The translations under genes were made by a program, and so were the position numbers. A stretch of 64,000 bases of DNA from Hypanus sabinus. Taxonomy: Eukaryota. The notes under the pieces are model-generated. The model was not told where the DNA came from and ran no database searches. It worked only from the letters and a program-made list of their open reading frames with translations. The DNA lies in assembly GCF_030144855.1 (NCBI RefSeq), contig NC_082730.1:14818001-14882000 (forward strand). The letters run 5' to 3'. This document shows, in pieces, positions 40,210 through 52,070 of the stretch. The number at the start of each line of letters is the position of its first letter. The first letter of the stretch is position 1.

Positions 40210-40653
40210 AGGCTGATTTATACTTGAGCGTTGCATCTACTCCGTAGGAACTGCGTACCCTATGCTGTAGGGTGACATGCACCTCCCCAAAAAAGTAACT
40301 CACGTGTTGCGGTGACACAGACTGCAACAACTGTGATTGGTCCACTTGGTAGCATCGCATTTCCTCCTACGCATTTCCGGTTGCTTCTTCTCCGCCATGT
40401 CTGTACACCGATGCAAAATAGATGAACCAAATCATCAAATCTACCTGCCAACATGTGAAAATGTTTGAAATGCATTTCCTCATCCATGTCTCTCACAAAG
40501 AAACTCAACACAGTGGCATAGAAACCCCACCGCCAACTAGCGTTTTGGTGCACAGCAATGCATGCTCGCTACAGGGTAGAGCCTACACAGGAGTGAAAAT
40601 CAGGGTTACAGTGTATGTTAAAGCTTAGCCCATACACACGTATAAATCAGCCT
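40210..40653 (-). mobile_element. PIF/Harbinger-type MITE, copy 1
   Basis: TIRs AGGCTGATTTATAC / GTATAAATCAGCCT, 3-bp TSD TCA, internal transposase N-terminal remnant (DMDEEMHFKHF.M.AGRFDDLV). Confidence 0.85.
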
Positions 40654-40655
40654 TC

Positions 40656-41500
40656 ATTACGCAGGCCTTTCTATCTTACAAAAAGCTGCACGGCCCTACG
40701 GAAAGTTAAGAAAGTTGAACTGCCCAGTTTTGCAGAACTTCAACAAACAATAAAAAAAAGACGACTCATCTCCTTCTGCACAAGCACTTGTAGAGAGGGA
40801 ACATAGGAGAGCAAAAACTGATATCTGGGTCACAAATGTGAGTACATGCGACTTCACCATTTGGTGGCTGAACAATTACTGGGCACGGGGCTGCCCGACA
40901 ATGGACAGCCATGTCGCAACAGCGTCTGCAAACAGGAAGACTGCGATCTCCTTCAGTCTAGTGGCAGGTCTCATAATCATCGTAATTTCAAAGTAGTGAT
41001 GAGTGTGATGTGTTCGACAATATTGTGTTCATAACGGAAACAGAAGCAGGGGGGAAATGAGCATACTTGGATGCACCTGTCAGTAGAAACACAGACCACA
41101 CTTTGGAAACTTCCGTTTATCATAGAGTTCAGATCCTAAATGATCACAATAACCATCCAAATGCCCAAAGGAGCGGAATCAAAGCGTTTTTCCGAAGAGC
41201 AGAGACTAACTGCAGAGTGGCGGAAATAAAGGATAGAGAGGAGAAACATCTCCTTAAGGTATTTGCATGAAACAGATACCCATGGAAATTCATAAGGTGC
41301 ACCAACCATAAAACAGCTGCATCCCTCTCCTGCCCCTGGCACTCCTTCTCTGCCTCCTGCCCACACCCCACCCGTAGCGTTCCACCCTTATGATTCCCAA
41401 TGTCCTTTGCTGCCACTAGACTTACAAACTCGCTCTCTGCTCCATACTGCTCCATGTTGACGAATACAGTATTGTGCAAAGCATGTATATATAGCTAGGT
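40656..41500 (-). mobile_element. Degenerate Harbinger-like transposase 5' fragment between the two MITEs
   Basis: Frameshifted pieces WLVHLMNFHGYLFH / YFRHSA..SEKRFDS resemble Harbinger transposase N-termini. Confidence 0.45.
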
Positions 41501-41507
41501 TGGCTAA

Positions 41508-41979
41508 AGACTGATTTATACGTGTGTGTGTGTGTGGGCTATGCCGCAACCTACGCCGTAGCCCTGATTTTCACTTCTGCAGCACTCCACCCCGTAGTGC
41601 GCATGCGTTGGTTTGCGCCAAAACGCTAGTTGGCGGTGGGGTTTCTATGCCAGTGTGTTGAGTTTCTTTGTGACAGACATGGACAACAAAATACATTTCA
41701 AACATTTCCGCACGTCGGCAGGTAGACTTGTCAATTTGGTTCATCTATTTTGCATCATTGTACAGACATGGTGGAGAAAAAGCAACCAGAAATGCATAGG
41801 AGGAAATGCGATGCTACCAAGCGGACCAATCACAGTTATTGCGGTCTGCGTCAGCACGACGCATGAGTTACATTTTGGGGGAGGTGCACGACACCCTAAG
41901 GTGTAGGGTATGGCGTAAGTATTGCATAGGGTATGGCATAGGTACAGTGTAGATGTAACGTACAAGTATAAATCAGCCT
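41508..41979 (+). mobile_element. PIF/Harbinger-type MITE, copy 2 (inverted relative to copy 1)
   Basis: Same TIRs (AGACTGATTTATAC / GTATAAATCAGCCT), TAA/TTA flanks; ORF 41613..41906 mirrors 40260..40553. Confidence 0.85.
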
Positions 41980-42329
41980 TTAGACTTACACGCTGTACTG
42001 CAGTAATTTTATCTATTGCACTGTACTACAGCCTCGCGAACAAAAACAACTAATTTCTTGACATGTGAGTGATGGTAAACCTGATTTTGATACAGGTCTC
42101 TGTTGTGGACCAAGATTGGAAAGTGAGCAGGGAGAGTGGAATCATGGTGGGGGAAAGAGGAAGGGAGAGGAGAGGGAGTGGGAGGCACCAGAGAGATTCA
42201 TCCTGTTCCCTTTGAGTTTCTGTTCCAGGTTCAGTTCATATTTTGTTCTTGAAAAGTATCCTTCAAGTTGTAGTTAGCATTACTATAGTTATTTCAACAT
42301 CTCGAAATCCAATCCTCAATTCAAGTCTT

Positions 42330-44040
42330 GTCAGGGCACCTACGGAGTTTGAATCCAATTTGTTAGATAATTCCAGAATTTTATTCTTTCGGGAATTTAC
42401 TGATGGATCCTGAGAAGACCCAAGCAATATGAAATTTGCCACAACCTACATCAGTCATACTGCTCCAACACTTTTCAGAGTTCGCCAGTTTCTATCATCA
42501 CTTCATTTTCAATTTCTGTGCAACTGCAGCACGACTTACCAACCTCACTAGAAGATCTACTGTGCATTTCTGTTGGATTCCAAAGGCAGAAGCCGCTTTC
42601 TGCCATTTCAAGAACAGATTTACTACAGTGCCAGTACTTGTTTCCCCTGATCCGGACCTTGCTTTTGTAGTGGAGTTTGACAGCTTGAACATCAAGCGCT
42701 GTACTCTCACATACCCTCTGAGACCAGAAGCTACACCCATGTGCCGTCTTATCCAGATGCGACCCTTTCGCCGAGATGAACTATAGCATCGGCAATGGGA
42801 TGCTGCTTGCTGTGAAGTTGGCACTTGAAGAATTGGTGCATTGCTTGGAGGGAGCCCAGCACTATTCTTGGTTTGGACCAATCATAAGAACCTAGCTTGT
42901 ATCCAGGATGCCAAGAGACTGAACTCCCTGCAGACATGCTGGTCATTGTTCTTCAGTAGATTCAATTTTACCATTACATACAGACTGGTTCTATGAATCA
43001 GAAACTGGAACATCTTTCTAGGCAGTTTGAAATGCCAGCTAAGGAGGAAGTCCCAGCAACATTTTCCCCAATTCAAGACTGGTGGTTCCCATTAGATGGG
43101 GGATCAATTCCATAGGGCAGAAGACCCAAGAACAAGAGGTTAGTCCTGGCAACGGTCCACCTGGTCATATCTTCAACCTGAGGTGGTCCAGACTAATGTA
43201 TTAAATTGGGAGCATGCTTCCAACATAGTTGGTCACCTGGGAGTTTCAGTTACTCTGGAGTTTATAAAGATACGGTTCCAGTGGCCTGCAATTCACACCC
43301 AAATTCTAGAGGGCATTTTGCCTTTTCATCGGGGCAATGATTTATCCTCAGGATTCCATCCACAACTAATGGGAAGATGGTGAATCAGGATTTGGAGAGA
43401 TCCTTATGGTGTCTGGTCTTGGGAAATCTGACTACATGGAGCAAGCATTTTATTTGGACAGAATTCACGAACAACAAATATTTCACTCATTTGGGATATC
43501 CCTTTTCAAATGTCAGTTAGGCTAGTCTACCGCTATTCCTGGAGCAGAAGTTCAAGATGTGTCTCCTTGCTGCCGATAAAGAAGTCAGAAGATGCAGGTG
43601 GACATGGTCTAAGGCAAGATCATCTCTCAACAGAAGGACAACAGGTTACCAGGTTCTTGGTTCTTTCTGGTCTAGCTGGTTTGGCTTTCCATTCTGGGCC
43701 TTCCCATACAGGTGGAATCTCTGAAACTGGCTCCCAAATGCATCCAAAAAATCAATCCAGTTACATAGCACTTACAATTACCCAGAACCTTGTATTTCCA
43801 CACCAATTTTCAAGTCTCTTGCTTCAAGCCTCTACATTCCAATCCCTTGGCACCTGGTCCCAAACCTTCTTCTCTCTCCCCCGTTTTGTCAACAAACAAG
43901 GTTACACAGCTATGCCACTACTGGACTCTCATTGTGTTCCTATCAAGATCGAATTTGTCCTAGATTTTAGAAGCCAATGGTCTGTATGCAAGATTCTGGG
44001 TTCTCTCCAGAAATTATGGACCCTCATTCATGGGTTTTCA
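42330..44040 (+). mobile_element. Degenerate Ty3/gypsy pol fragment (RT-RNase H connection, RNase H, partial integrase, chromodomain-like end)
   Basis: KAEAAFCHFKNRFTTVPVLVSPDPDLAFVVEFD; [10 protein letters not shown]; FFSRFNFTITY; HASNIVGHLG; multiple frameshifts and deletions. Confidence 0.85.
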
Positions 44041-44519
44041 TAATGGGTATCTGGATCGCCCTGGCCGCCAATGTGTCCGAACATGTCGTCATTCTTCACA
44101 AACGAATCAGAGACTCACAAATTGTGCCAAGGTAAAATGGAAGGCTTCCAAGGACAATGTATCAGAATTGGGTTTCATATCACTGGCATATATCATGAAA
44201 TACGTTAACATTGCAGCAGCAGTACAATGCAATCCATGACAACAGAGTGAAAACAGAAAACTGAAGGAAAAGGAGCCTTCCTGATGGTAGCAACAAGAAA
44301 CCAGCATGTCCTGGGTGGTGGAGGCCCTCAATGATGGATGCCGCCTCTCTGAGGCACTGCTCTTTGAAGATGTCCTGGATATTACTGAGGCTATTGCATA
44401 TGATAGAGCTGACTAATTTTACAACTCTCTGCAGCTTACTTCGATCTTATTTGGAAGAGAAGGAAGTTTGCTCTGATCAAATTGGTATTGACTGTATCAT
44501 GTAAATGTATTCAATAACC

Positions 44520-45945
44520 ATGCAATTGGCATGCTGTCATTAACCTGATGGTGAAACAAAGCAAAGCAATGCTGATATCCTTAAGCAAAAACACCAATCC
44601 TCCCATCTCCTGCCTCAGCAAAAAGCATCAGCCCCCACACACCAGCCACCATGCAAGAAACAGCAAAGCCCCCAAACAGACTATTATCTACAGTTCATCA
44701 ACAGGTCCTCAGCAGATGCCATCTCATTGGCTCTTCACTCAACCCTGGAACATCTGGATAGCAAAGATGCATACATCAGGATGGTATTTATCGATTACAG
44801 CTCAGCATTTGATATTATCATCCACTCAGAACTAATCAATAAGCTCCAAACCTTGGTCTCAATATCTGCTTGTGCAATTGGATCCTGGATTTCCTTATTT
44901 GTAGACCTCAATCAGTTAGGACTGCCAAAACCCATCAGCACAGGTGTAGGACTGTGTGCTTAGCTCTCAACTCTACTCACTCTACACCTATGACCTTTTG
45001 GCTGAGCACAGCTCCAGCACCATACTCAAGTTTGCTGAAGGCACCACTGATAGGACTGAATCGAAGGTGGCAATGAATCAGCCTACAGCAGGGAGACTGA
45101 AAATTTGGCTGAGTGGTTTCATTGCAACAACCTCTCATTCATGTTAACAAGATGAAGGAACTGATTGTAGACTTCAGGAGAGGGATGTCCGAGGTCCAGG
45201 AGCCTGTCCTCATTACAGATCAGAAGTGGAGAGGATTATCAACTTTGAATTCCTGGGTGTAACTATTTCAGAGGATCTGCCCTAGACCCAGCACATAAGT
45301 GTAAATGTGAAGCAAGCACTGCAGTGCATCTAGTTCCTTAGAAGTCTGTGGAGATTCGGCATGACATCTAAAACTTTGACAAACTTATATGGCTGTGTTT
45401 TGTAAAGTGTATTGACTGGGTGCTTCACAGCCTAGCATGAAATCATCAACGCCTTTGTATAGAAAATCCTACAAAAGGTAGTGGATTCGGCTCAGCCCAT
45501 CATAGGTACAGCCCTCCCATCTATATGAAACACTGTTGTAGGAAAGCAGTATCCATCATCATGGATCCCCATCACCTGGGCCGTGCTTTTATCTCACTGC
45601 TGCCATCAAGTGGCAGGTACAAGAGCCTCAGGACTCACACCACCAGATTCAAGAACAGGAACTATCCCTCAACCATCAGGTTCTTGCCAATTCCTAGAGA
45701 TGCTCCTAGTTCCCACAACCAATTTTCTCAATCTAAGGTCTCTTTGTTGTGTTATTTCACACTCCAGTTATTTATTGCTATTTATTTATATTTGCATTGC
45801 ACGGTTTTTTATCTTCTGCGCCCTTGTTGACCTTTTATTGATACTATTGGAGTCGCTATTCTATAGAATGGATAAGTATGCCTGCAGGCAGATGAATTTC
45901 AGGGTTGTACATGGTGACATATATGTACTTTTTGATAATAAAATT
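44520..45945 (+). mobile_element. Rex1/Babar LINE 3' portion
   Basis: ALHSTLEHLDSKDAYIRMVFIDYSSAF, CNWILDFL..RPQSVR, and the typical 3' UTR/tail. Confidence 0.88.
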
Positions 45946-46119
45946 AACATTGAACTTACTGGGCCAGTTGAGGAGGACAATTACTAGTCAAGGAATCAGT
46001 TTCTCTGGAGTCACTCATAAGTTGGACTGGGTGTGAATTTTCATTACCTGAAGGGCCTTGTGACCCAGATGAATTTCAACAACATTCTGGTGGCTTCCTG
46101 ATGAAAGGTTCTTCATTCC

Positions 46120-46390
46120 AGCATGGTAGTGTAGTGTCTAGCATAATGCTTTACAGTACCAGTGACTTGGGTTCAATTCCCACCGCTGGCTGTAAGGAGT
46201 GTATGTTCTCCCTATAACTGCGTGGGTTTCTTCTGGGTGCTCCCGTTTTCTCCCACAGCCCAAAGATGTGTTGGTTGGTAAGTTAATGGGTCGATGTAAA
46301 TTGTCCCAATATTAGGCTAGGATTTAATTGGGGGCTGTTGGCTAGCATTGCTCCAAGTGCCGAAAAGGCCCATTCTGTGCTGCAACTCAG
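46120..46390 (+). mobile_element. HE1-type tRNA-derived V-SINE
   Basis: A/B-box-like head (ggtagtgtagtg...gggttcaattccc) and V-domain gcgtgggtttc...ggtgctccc...ctcccacagcccaaaga. Other copies at ~3520-3745 (-), 19200-19400, 22480-22620 and 10660-10800 (-). Confidence 0.8.
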
Positions 46391-46809
46391 TTTAAAATAT
46401 ATAAATAAATAACATTCCACAGTTTTTTTTTAACCAATTGATTGCAAATATCTCCCTTAAGGCAAGATTTGTATTTGACAAAGGATTTTAAGATGTTAAA
46501 ATGTACTGTTGCAGTACATTCTAAATGCACTTTGAATGAAAGTTAGCAAGCACAAAATATGGACTGCATTTGGATCAAAAGTTCTAAGGGGGTTGGATGA
46601 GAACCACAGTTTCAGGCTCCAACAGGGATTTCTTTCTACAGCTTATCATTTGTTGGTCTGGAGAAGAAAGTAGGATACAACTCTTATTGAAGAGATTCTG
46701 GTGTTCCTTCTTGACATGACAGACTCTTACAACTCCTGCATTCTGAGGCTGAACCACAGATCTCATTCCTTCCCACAAGTTATAGTGTGATGTTCAGAAA
46801 ATACTACAG

Positions 46810-46880
46810 ATGGTTTTAAGAGAAAAGGGGAATTTGGAAACGATTGATAAGCATACAGAGGAGAGAAGATATTAATGCAG
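46810..46880 (+). pseudogene. Relic first cytoplasmic exon of a second inhibitory gene
   Basis: ctacag|AT GGT...ATG CAG|gtaagt, phase 1 to 0 like 6459-6505, but with in-frame TGA TAA; sequence similarity is weak. Confidence 0.5.
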
Positions 46881-47033
46881 GTAAGTAACTTGCACTGCCA
46901 ATCAACATTAACAAGGGCTTGTTGAGTTGAGTGATTAGCTTCTGTGTTGTAATTAATTTGTGAATTGGTCCATCTGCCAGTTTTATTAATTAGAAGGAAA
47001 CTGAACATTAATGTTTCATTAAGCTCTTGATTA

Positions 47034-47107
47034 GGCAGTGTGCCAAAAGTTAGGAGAAGGCAAGAAAATAGGCAGTGTGCCAAAAGTTAGGAGAAGGCAA
47101 GAAAATA
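47034..47107 (+). repeat. Perfect 37-bp tandem duplication
   Basis: ggcagtgtgccaaaagttaggagaaggcaagaaaata x2. Confidence 0.95.
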
Positions 47108-47208
47108 GCAAGAGGGATATCAAATCAGCCATAATGGATTACAAGAGCAGACTTAATGGGCTGAATGGCCTAATTCTGCTCATGTGTCTTATTGTCTTGT
47201 CTTAAAAG

Positions 47209-47505
47209 GAAATGACTACATTGGATAGGCACATTTTTTATTCAAGTCTGCAGCAATATCAAAGCAGCCAGGCAGCTACCCTGTTGGATGATACTCCAAC
47301 CGAAGCCTTGTGTGCAAAGGTGAATTCACAAAGAAAATCAACAGTGGTTGACAACGAGGGCATTGTTATCTACTCAAGTGATAAATTTAAAAACCTGCTA
47401 GGGGCCAGGTAGTAAGATCCCTGACCTGGTACTCCACAAGACCTAGCACAGGCAATTTATGCCACCATTGTATCACAGGAAAACCATTCATATGGGACTG
47501 AATAG
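47209..47505 (+). pseudogene. Relic ITIM-bearing terminal exon
   Basis: EMTTLDRHIFYSSL...QRKST...VIYSSDKF...GAR**DP*PGTPQDLAQAIYATI; colinear with 9195-9476 (QRKST, YxxxKF and IYAxV/I all retained) with stops at 47410, 47413 and 47422. Confidence 0.82.
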
Positions 47506-49899
47506 AACATGGATCAGTATAACACAAGTAAAGCCCTTTGGCCCAACATGTCTGTGCTGACTACAGTGACAATTTAACTAATCCCTTCTGCTTAATCCCA
47601 TAATCGTACATGGTGACATATACATATTTTGCTAATAAGTTTACTTTGAACTTGGCTAAGGAGCATGATTACTGAACTATTGCAATACTTTTTGTAGAAA
47701 TAGAGTGAGAAAGAAGTGTGAGTGTGAAATTTCCAGTCCAAGATCTTAAAGGAGAACAAGAAATCGAAATAAATGCTGAAATAAGTGCTGAATAAAATGA
47801 GTGAGCTGCAAATTATTGCAGCTTGCATCGGTCATCAGGGCATGAATCTGCAAATAGAAGGCATGAGTTTTCTCAGTACTGATCTGTGACTGTAACCCAT
47901 AAATGTGCAATAAAGGGTCTTGAAAATAAGCGAAGGTGAACTGCATTATTGTCATTATAATCAGCATATTATCTGGTGATATATATGCACTTTGCTAATA
48001 AATTTAATTCGAATTTTGAACTTTGAAATGACTCACTGACAAGGTGAAGTATTGCATAATATCCTTCAGTTGATATGTGAGGATGTGAAGCAATAGCACC
48101 AGAATCTGTTTGGAACTCTTGATCTCTTCAGGTCAGGGTTATCTGCTGGTTGTTGATTAGCTGCAGATAATTCTAGATGCAGTGGTCCCACTTGTGAATC
48201 TGGACCTGTTAAGCCTGAGCTCATTAGTGGTCTGAGGTAAGGAACTTGCTTCAATTTTTATACTGCAAAACAACAAATTTCACATCAGAAGACAGTGACA
48301 GTGACAGTGACCCTTTCCCTGTGCTAGGACATCCCAAGGCAATTCCTAAAGAATATGGTTAGAACTTCCGTGCTCTAAACTTGTCTTACGAAACAGAATT
48401 TCAGGAAGTTCCAGTGGATGCCTCATGTAAACATGTTGTTCCATCCTCTTCCTGCATTATTCCATTACTTAAGAGCATAAGACCAGAAAACCAGAAGATG
48501 ATAAGATAGGAACAGAATTATGCCTCTCAGCCCACTGAGTCTGCTCCATTATTCTATAATGGCTGATTTATTATTCCCCTCAGCCTCATTCTCCCCATAA
48601 CATTCAACACCCTTACTAATCAAAAACCTATCAACATCTAAAGATACCCAATGACTTGGCCTCCACCACCATCTGTGGCAATGAATTCCACACATTCACC
48701 ACCCTCTGACTAAAGAAATTTCTCCTCATCGCTGTTCTAAAGGGACATCCTTGTATTGAGGCTGTGTCCTCTGCTCAGAAACTCAGCCATTATTGGAAAC
48801 ATCCTCTCCACAAACACTCCATCCGGATTCTAGGCCCTTCGCTATTCAAAAGGTTTCAATGAAGTGTCCCCTTATTTTTCTTATTTCTAGCAAGTACAAG
48901 ACCAGAGCCATCAAACGCTTCTCATACATTAATACTTTCATTCCTCTGATCATTCCCATGAACCCTCTCACATCCTTTTATAGATAGGGTTTCCAAAACA
49001 GTTCACCACATTCCAAGTGCAGCCAGACCAATACCTTAAAAAGCCTCAATTCTTCAATGATCTCCCAGCAACCGACTGGAAAACATTTTATGATTCCACT
49101 GATGTAATTACGGGTGTGCACAGAACTGGGATTAGGTTTAAACGACTTTTTCACTTTTCTTCACTGAATTGTTTTTCTAGTTCAGTGATATAGTTGCTGA
49201 AGCAAAACTGCTTTGCTGAAGATGTTTTATATCTTTACATTTCTTCTCATCAGCGTATTGCACCATGGTTGTTGAGAAGTTTTCCAAGAAGTGATGGGAC
49301 GATGCAGGAAAAGACCAGAGCAATAGATCAACGTGTAGCATCTATTAGTACGTCTCTATGTTCTGTTTGGTAAGACAATTAAAGGAGATAGAAGTTCTGA
49401 CCACATCCTTCACTGAGTGTGAACATTACACAGATGACAGCAGTGACTGATGCAACAGAGTCAGCACTCATACTATACAATGTACAGAATTTAAGCAGAT
49501 ATGCATTCATGGCTAATATATTGCACTGTTTTCTCCTAAAACAAATGTAACAAACTTAAAGTAACTAAAGCTCAATACTAACAAAATTATTTTAAGATTT
49601 ATCTACAGTATTTATATAAAATGTGAAATTAAATGCTTCTAAAAAATTGCAAAGCCTGCAGCTGAAATTCAGGAAAATATATATCAGCCACATTCTTGGA
49701 TCACCTCAACCCTCACACTACAATTGAAATCAATGTTGAACAATTAACATTGTTTAGTTAAGCTTAAAGACTTTGCCAATGAGTGATAAATGCTCCAATG
49801 GTAATCAATGAATATTCCTGTTTAGGACTGCTACAGCTATTTTTATGAGATACAGTATGCTTGCTGGTGATATTAAACCTGATTTTGATTCTGTATTAC

Positions 49900-51560
49900 G
49901 TCTCCAATATGTCTGACACTTGAGAATTTTTGTCCCTTGTACTGAAGCTCTCCTCAGACTTCATCTGCCCCAGGGATCCCACAGCATGAATCTGGATAGA
50001 TCACACTTCAACTGATATTGAAAGATCTAATTGGGTGAACAGGGATATTGGGAAGTTGGCAATTGAGAATCTGAGCAAAGGTATGCAGGGTCAAGGGTCA
50101 GGGCAACAATGGGGGTGAAATAGATAAGATAGTTGGGCAATTAGTTAAGTCCATTACTAGATCTGGAGTGAAGGGCAAACCTGTGTGGGTAGGGATCAGA
50201 GATTTCTGTCCCTAAAGGACTCCTTGACAATCAGGTAGTTGATCATTATCATTATTGATATTTTTTTTAATTCCAGAAATAAATAATTTACTGTATTTAA
50301 GCACTCAGTGTATCCTTACAGAAATTGAAATCACACCTGGATTTCTGGACAGTAGAGTGGTAACGACCACTGTTGCACCACCTTCTAACTGCACATGGAA
50401 ATACTGGTCAGTACATAATATAACATTTCCATCGGATACAGAAAGAACTGTTTCAGTCATTCGGACATCATTAGAGGTTTCTTTCTGCAGTTTATAAACT
50501 TGCCTGTAAGTGAGGAGGAAGTCAGGTGTTACGAATGTGCCACAACTCTGAGGGGCCGAAGGGTACAAAGTAGCCCCCCTCCTTTTTGAGAATTGCACGA
50601 TCACAATTAAGTCAGTTCAGGAGACCCAGGAAATGAGAGAAAGACATGCAGAATCCACAAAGAGTTTGGAATGTGTCCTGGCCTCCGAAAGGCGGAAACA
50701 TTGATAACAGCTATTGTCTCTTGGAGACAGAATTGTGTATTGGATACTGTACGATTCATCGAAGCCCCCAGGCAACGAACCGAGGGGGGAGGGTTGGTGG
50801 AGGGATTGCATCATCCCAACCTGATTGACATCTGAGACCCTGTGAGATAGGATAAAAGAGGGTCTGGGGAACAGCCCTTCAGACGCACCAGAAGAAACAC
50901 TAGAACTCCTGTAACAGCGTAATAGCGAAAGCTGGTGGAAACAGCCCACGTGCGTCCTTTTCCATTTGCCTCAGAATTGGTGTGTCTTGCCACAGAAGAA
51001 TGGTTTTAGCTAACAAAAGTGAACTAAAGTGACTTTTATATTTCCGTCGGACAATACATTATCCCCTAGACAACGATAGAGCTATTTCTTCTTATTGTTA
51101 TACCCACGTTTTTAGATTTAGTATTGACGATGTATATTATCTGTATATTTGCATTGATATTATTTTTGTGTATTTTATCAATAAATACTGTTAAAATTAG
51201 TACCATCAGACTTCAACAGACCTCTCTATCTTTGCTGGTAAGTGACCCAGTTACGGGGTACGTAACACAGGGCATTGGCCTTATGGAGCAAATTGAAACA
51301 TGACCTCCAAGTGATCCTGCTGACCCCATCTCAACTTCAGAGTTCTCTGGAATCTGACAAAAACATACAAACATGGGAGCATCCCAAATGAAATAGCTTT
51401 GAAAAGCCGATATGATCTGGTGAAATTGAAAGTTCAACACTTCCACTCTCCCTCAGTACTGTACTAGCAAGTCAGCCATGGGTTTCTGCTCAGGACTCTG
51501 GAGTGGGAAGTGAACAGGGGAGAGACCACTGACACAGTAACAGCAGTTCCTGCTTGTGAT
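49900..51560 (+). repeat. Orphan duplicate of gene B intron 1 (no V exon follows), split by a solo LTR
   Basis: 50130-50390 aligns with 53540-53810 and 51270-51545 aligns with 53815-54090. Confidence 0.7.
50527..51267 (+). mobile_element. Solo LTR, 741 bp (gypsy-like)
   Basis: TGTTACG...CGTAACA inverted termini, 4-bp TSD CAGG, AATAAA near 51180. Confidence 0.88.
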
Positions 51561-51659
51561 TTCTTCGGTCAATTCCGGCAGATTTCCCTTGAGGAATCAA
51601 TGCAGACTATGGCCTACATTGTCATGTGCCTCACAAGTCAATCTGCAGCTGCTGGAAAT

Positions 51660-52070
51660 AAATAAAAACACAAAATGCTGGCAGAACTCAGCAGGCTAGA
51701 CAGCATCTATGGGAGGAGGTAGTGATGACGTTTTAGGCCGAACCCCTTCATCAGGAGTGAAGTAACATGGGATGGTGGAGGGAGGATAAGAAATGGGGGC
51801 AGGGATGAAGTAGAGAGCTGGGAAGTGATAGGTTGAAGGAAAATGGGCTGGGGGAAGGTGGAGAATTATGGGAAATAAAAGAGAAAGAAAGGTAGGGCTG
51901 GGGGGAAATTATAGTGAGGGGGGAAAAAGAGAGAGAAAGAGAACCAGACTAAAATTATAGATAGGGATGGGGTAAGGGGGGCAGGGGTATCAATGGAGGT
52001 CTGTGAGTTGAATGTTCATGCCGGCAGGTAGGAGGCTACGTAGGTGGGCGATAAGGTGCCTCTCCAAGTA
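51660..52070 (-). mobile_element. Penelope-like pLTR/tail repeat
   Basis: cacaaaatgctggcagaactcagcagg...cccttcatcagg plus purine-rich tract. Related copies at 290-680, 36270-36700, 53090-53420, 54720-54850 and 62620-63005. Confidence 0.7.

Noticed and set aside
43510-44043. 177-aa ORF
   Set aside because: Mosaic reading through frameshifted gypsy integrase/chromodomain sequence.
46120-46200. tRNA-like A/B boxes
   Set aside because: SINE heads without cloverleaf structure; not tRNA genes.
49254-49369. AG/GT-bounded 116-nt open segment (RIAPWLLRSF...)
   Set aside because: No similarity to any family exon and no phase-compatible neighbours; likely chance.
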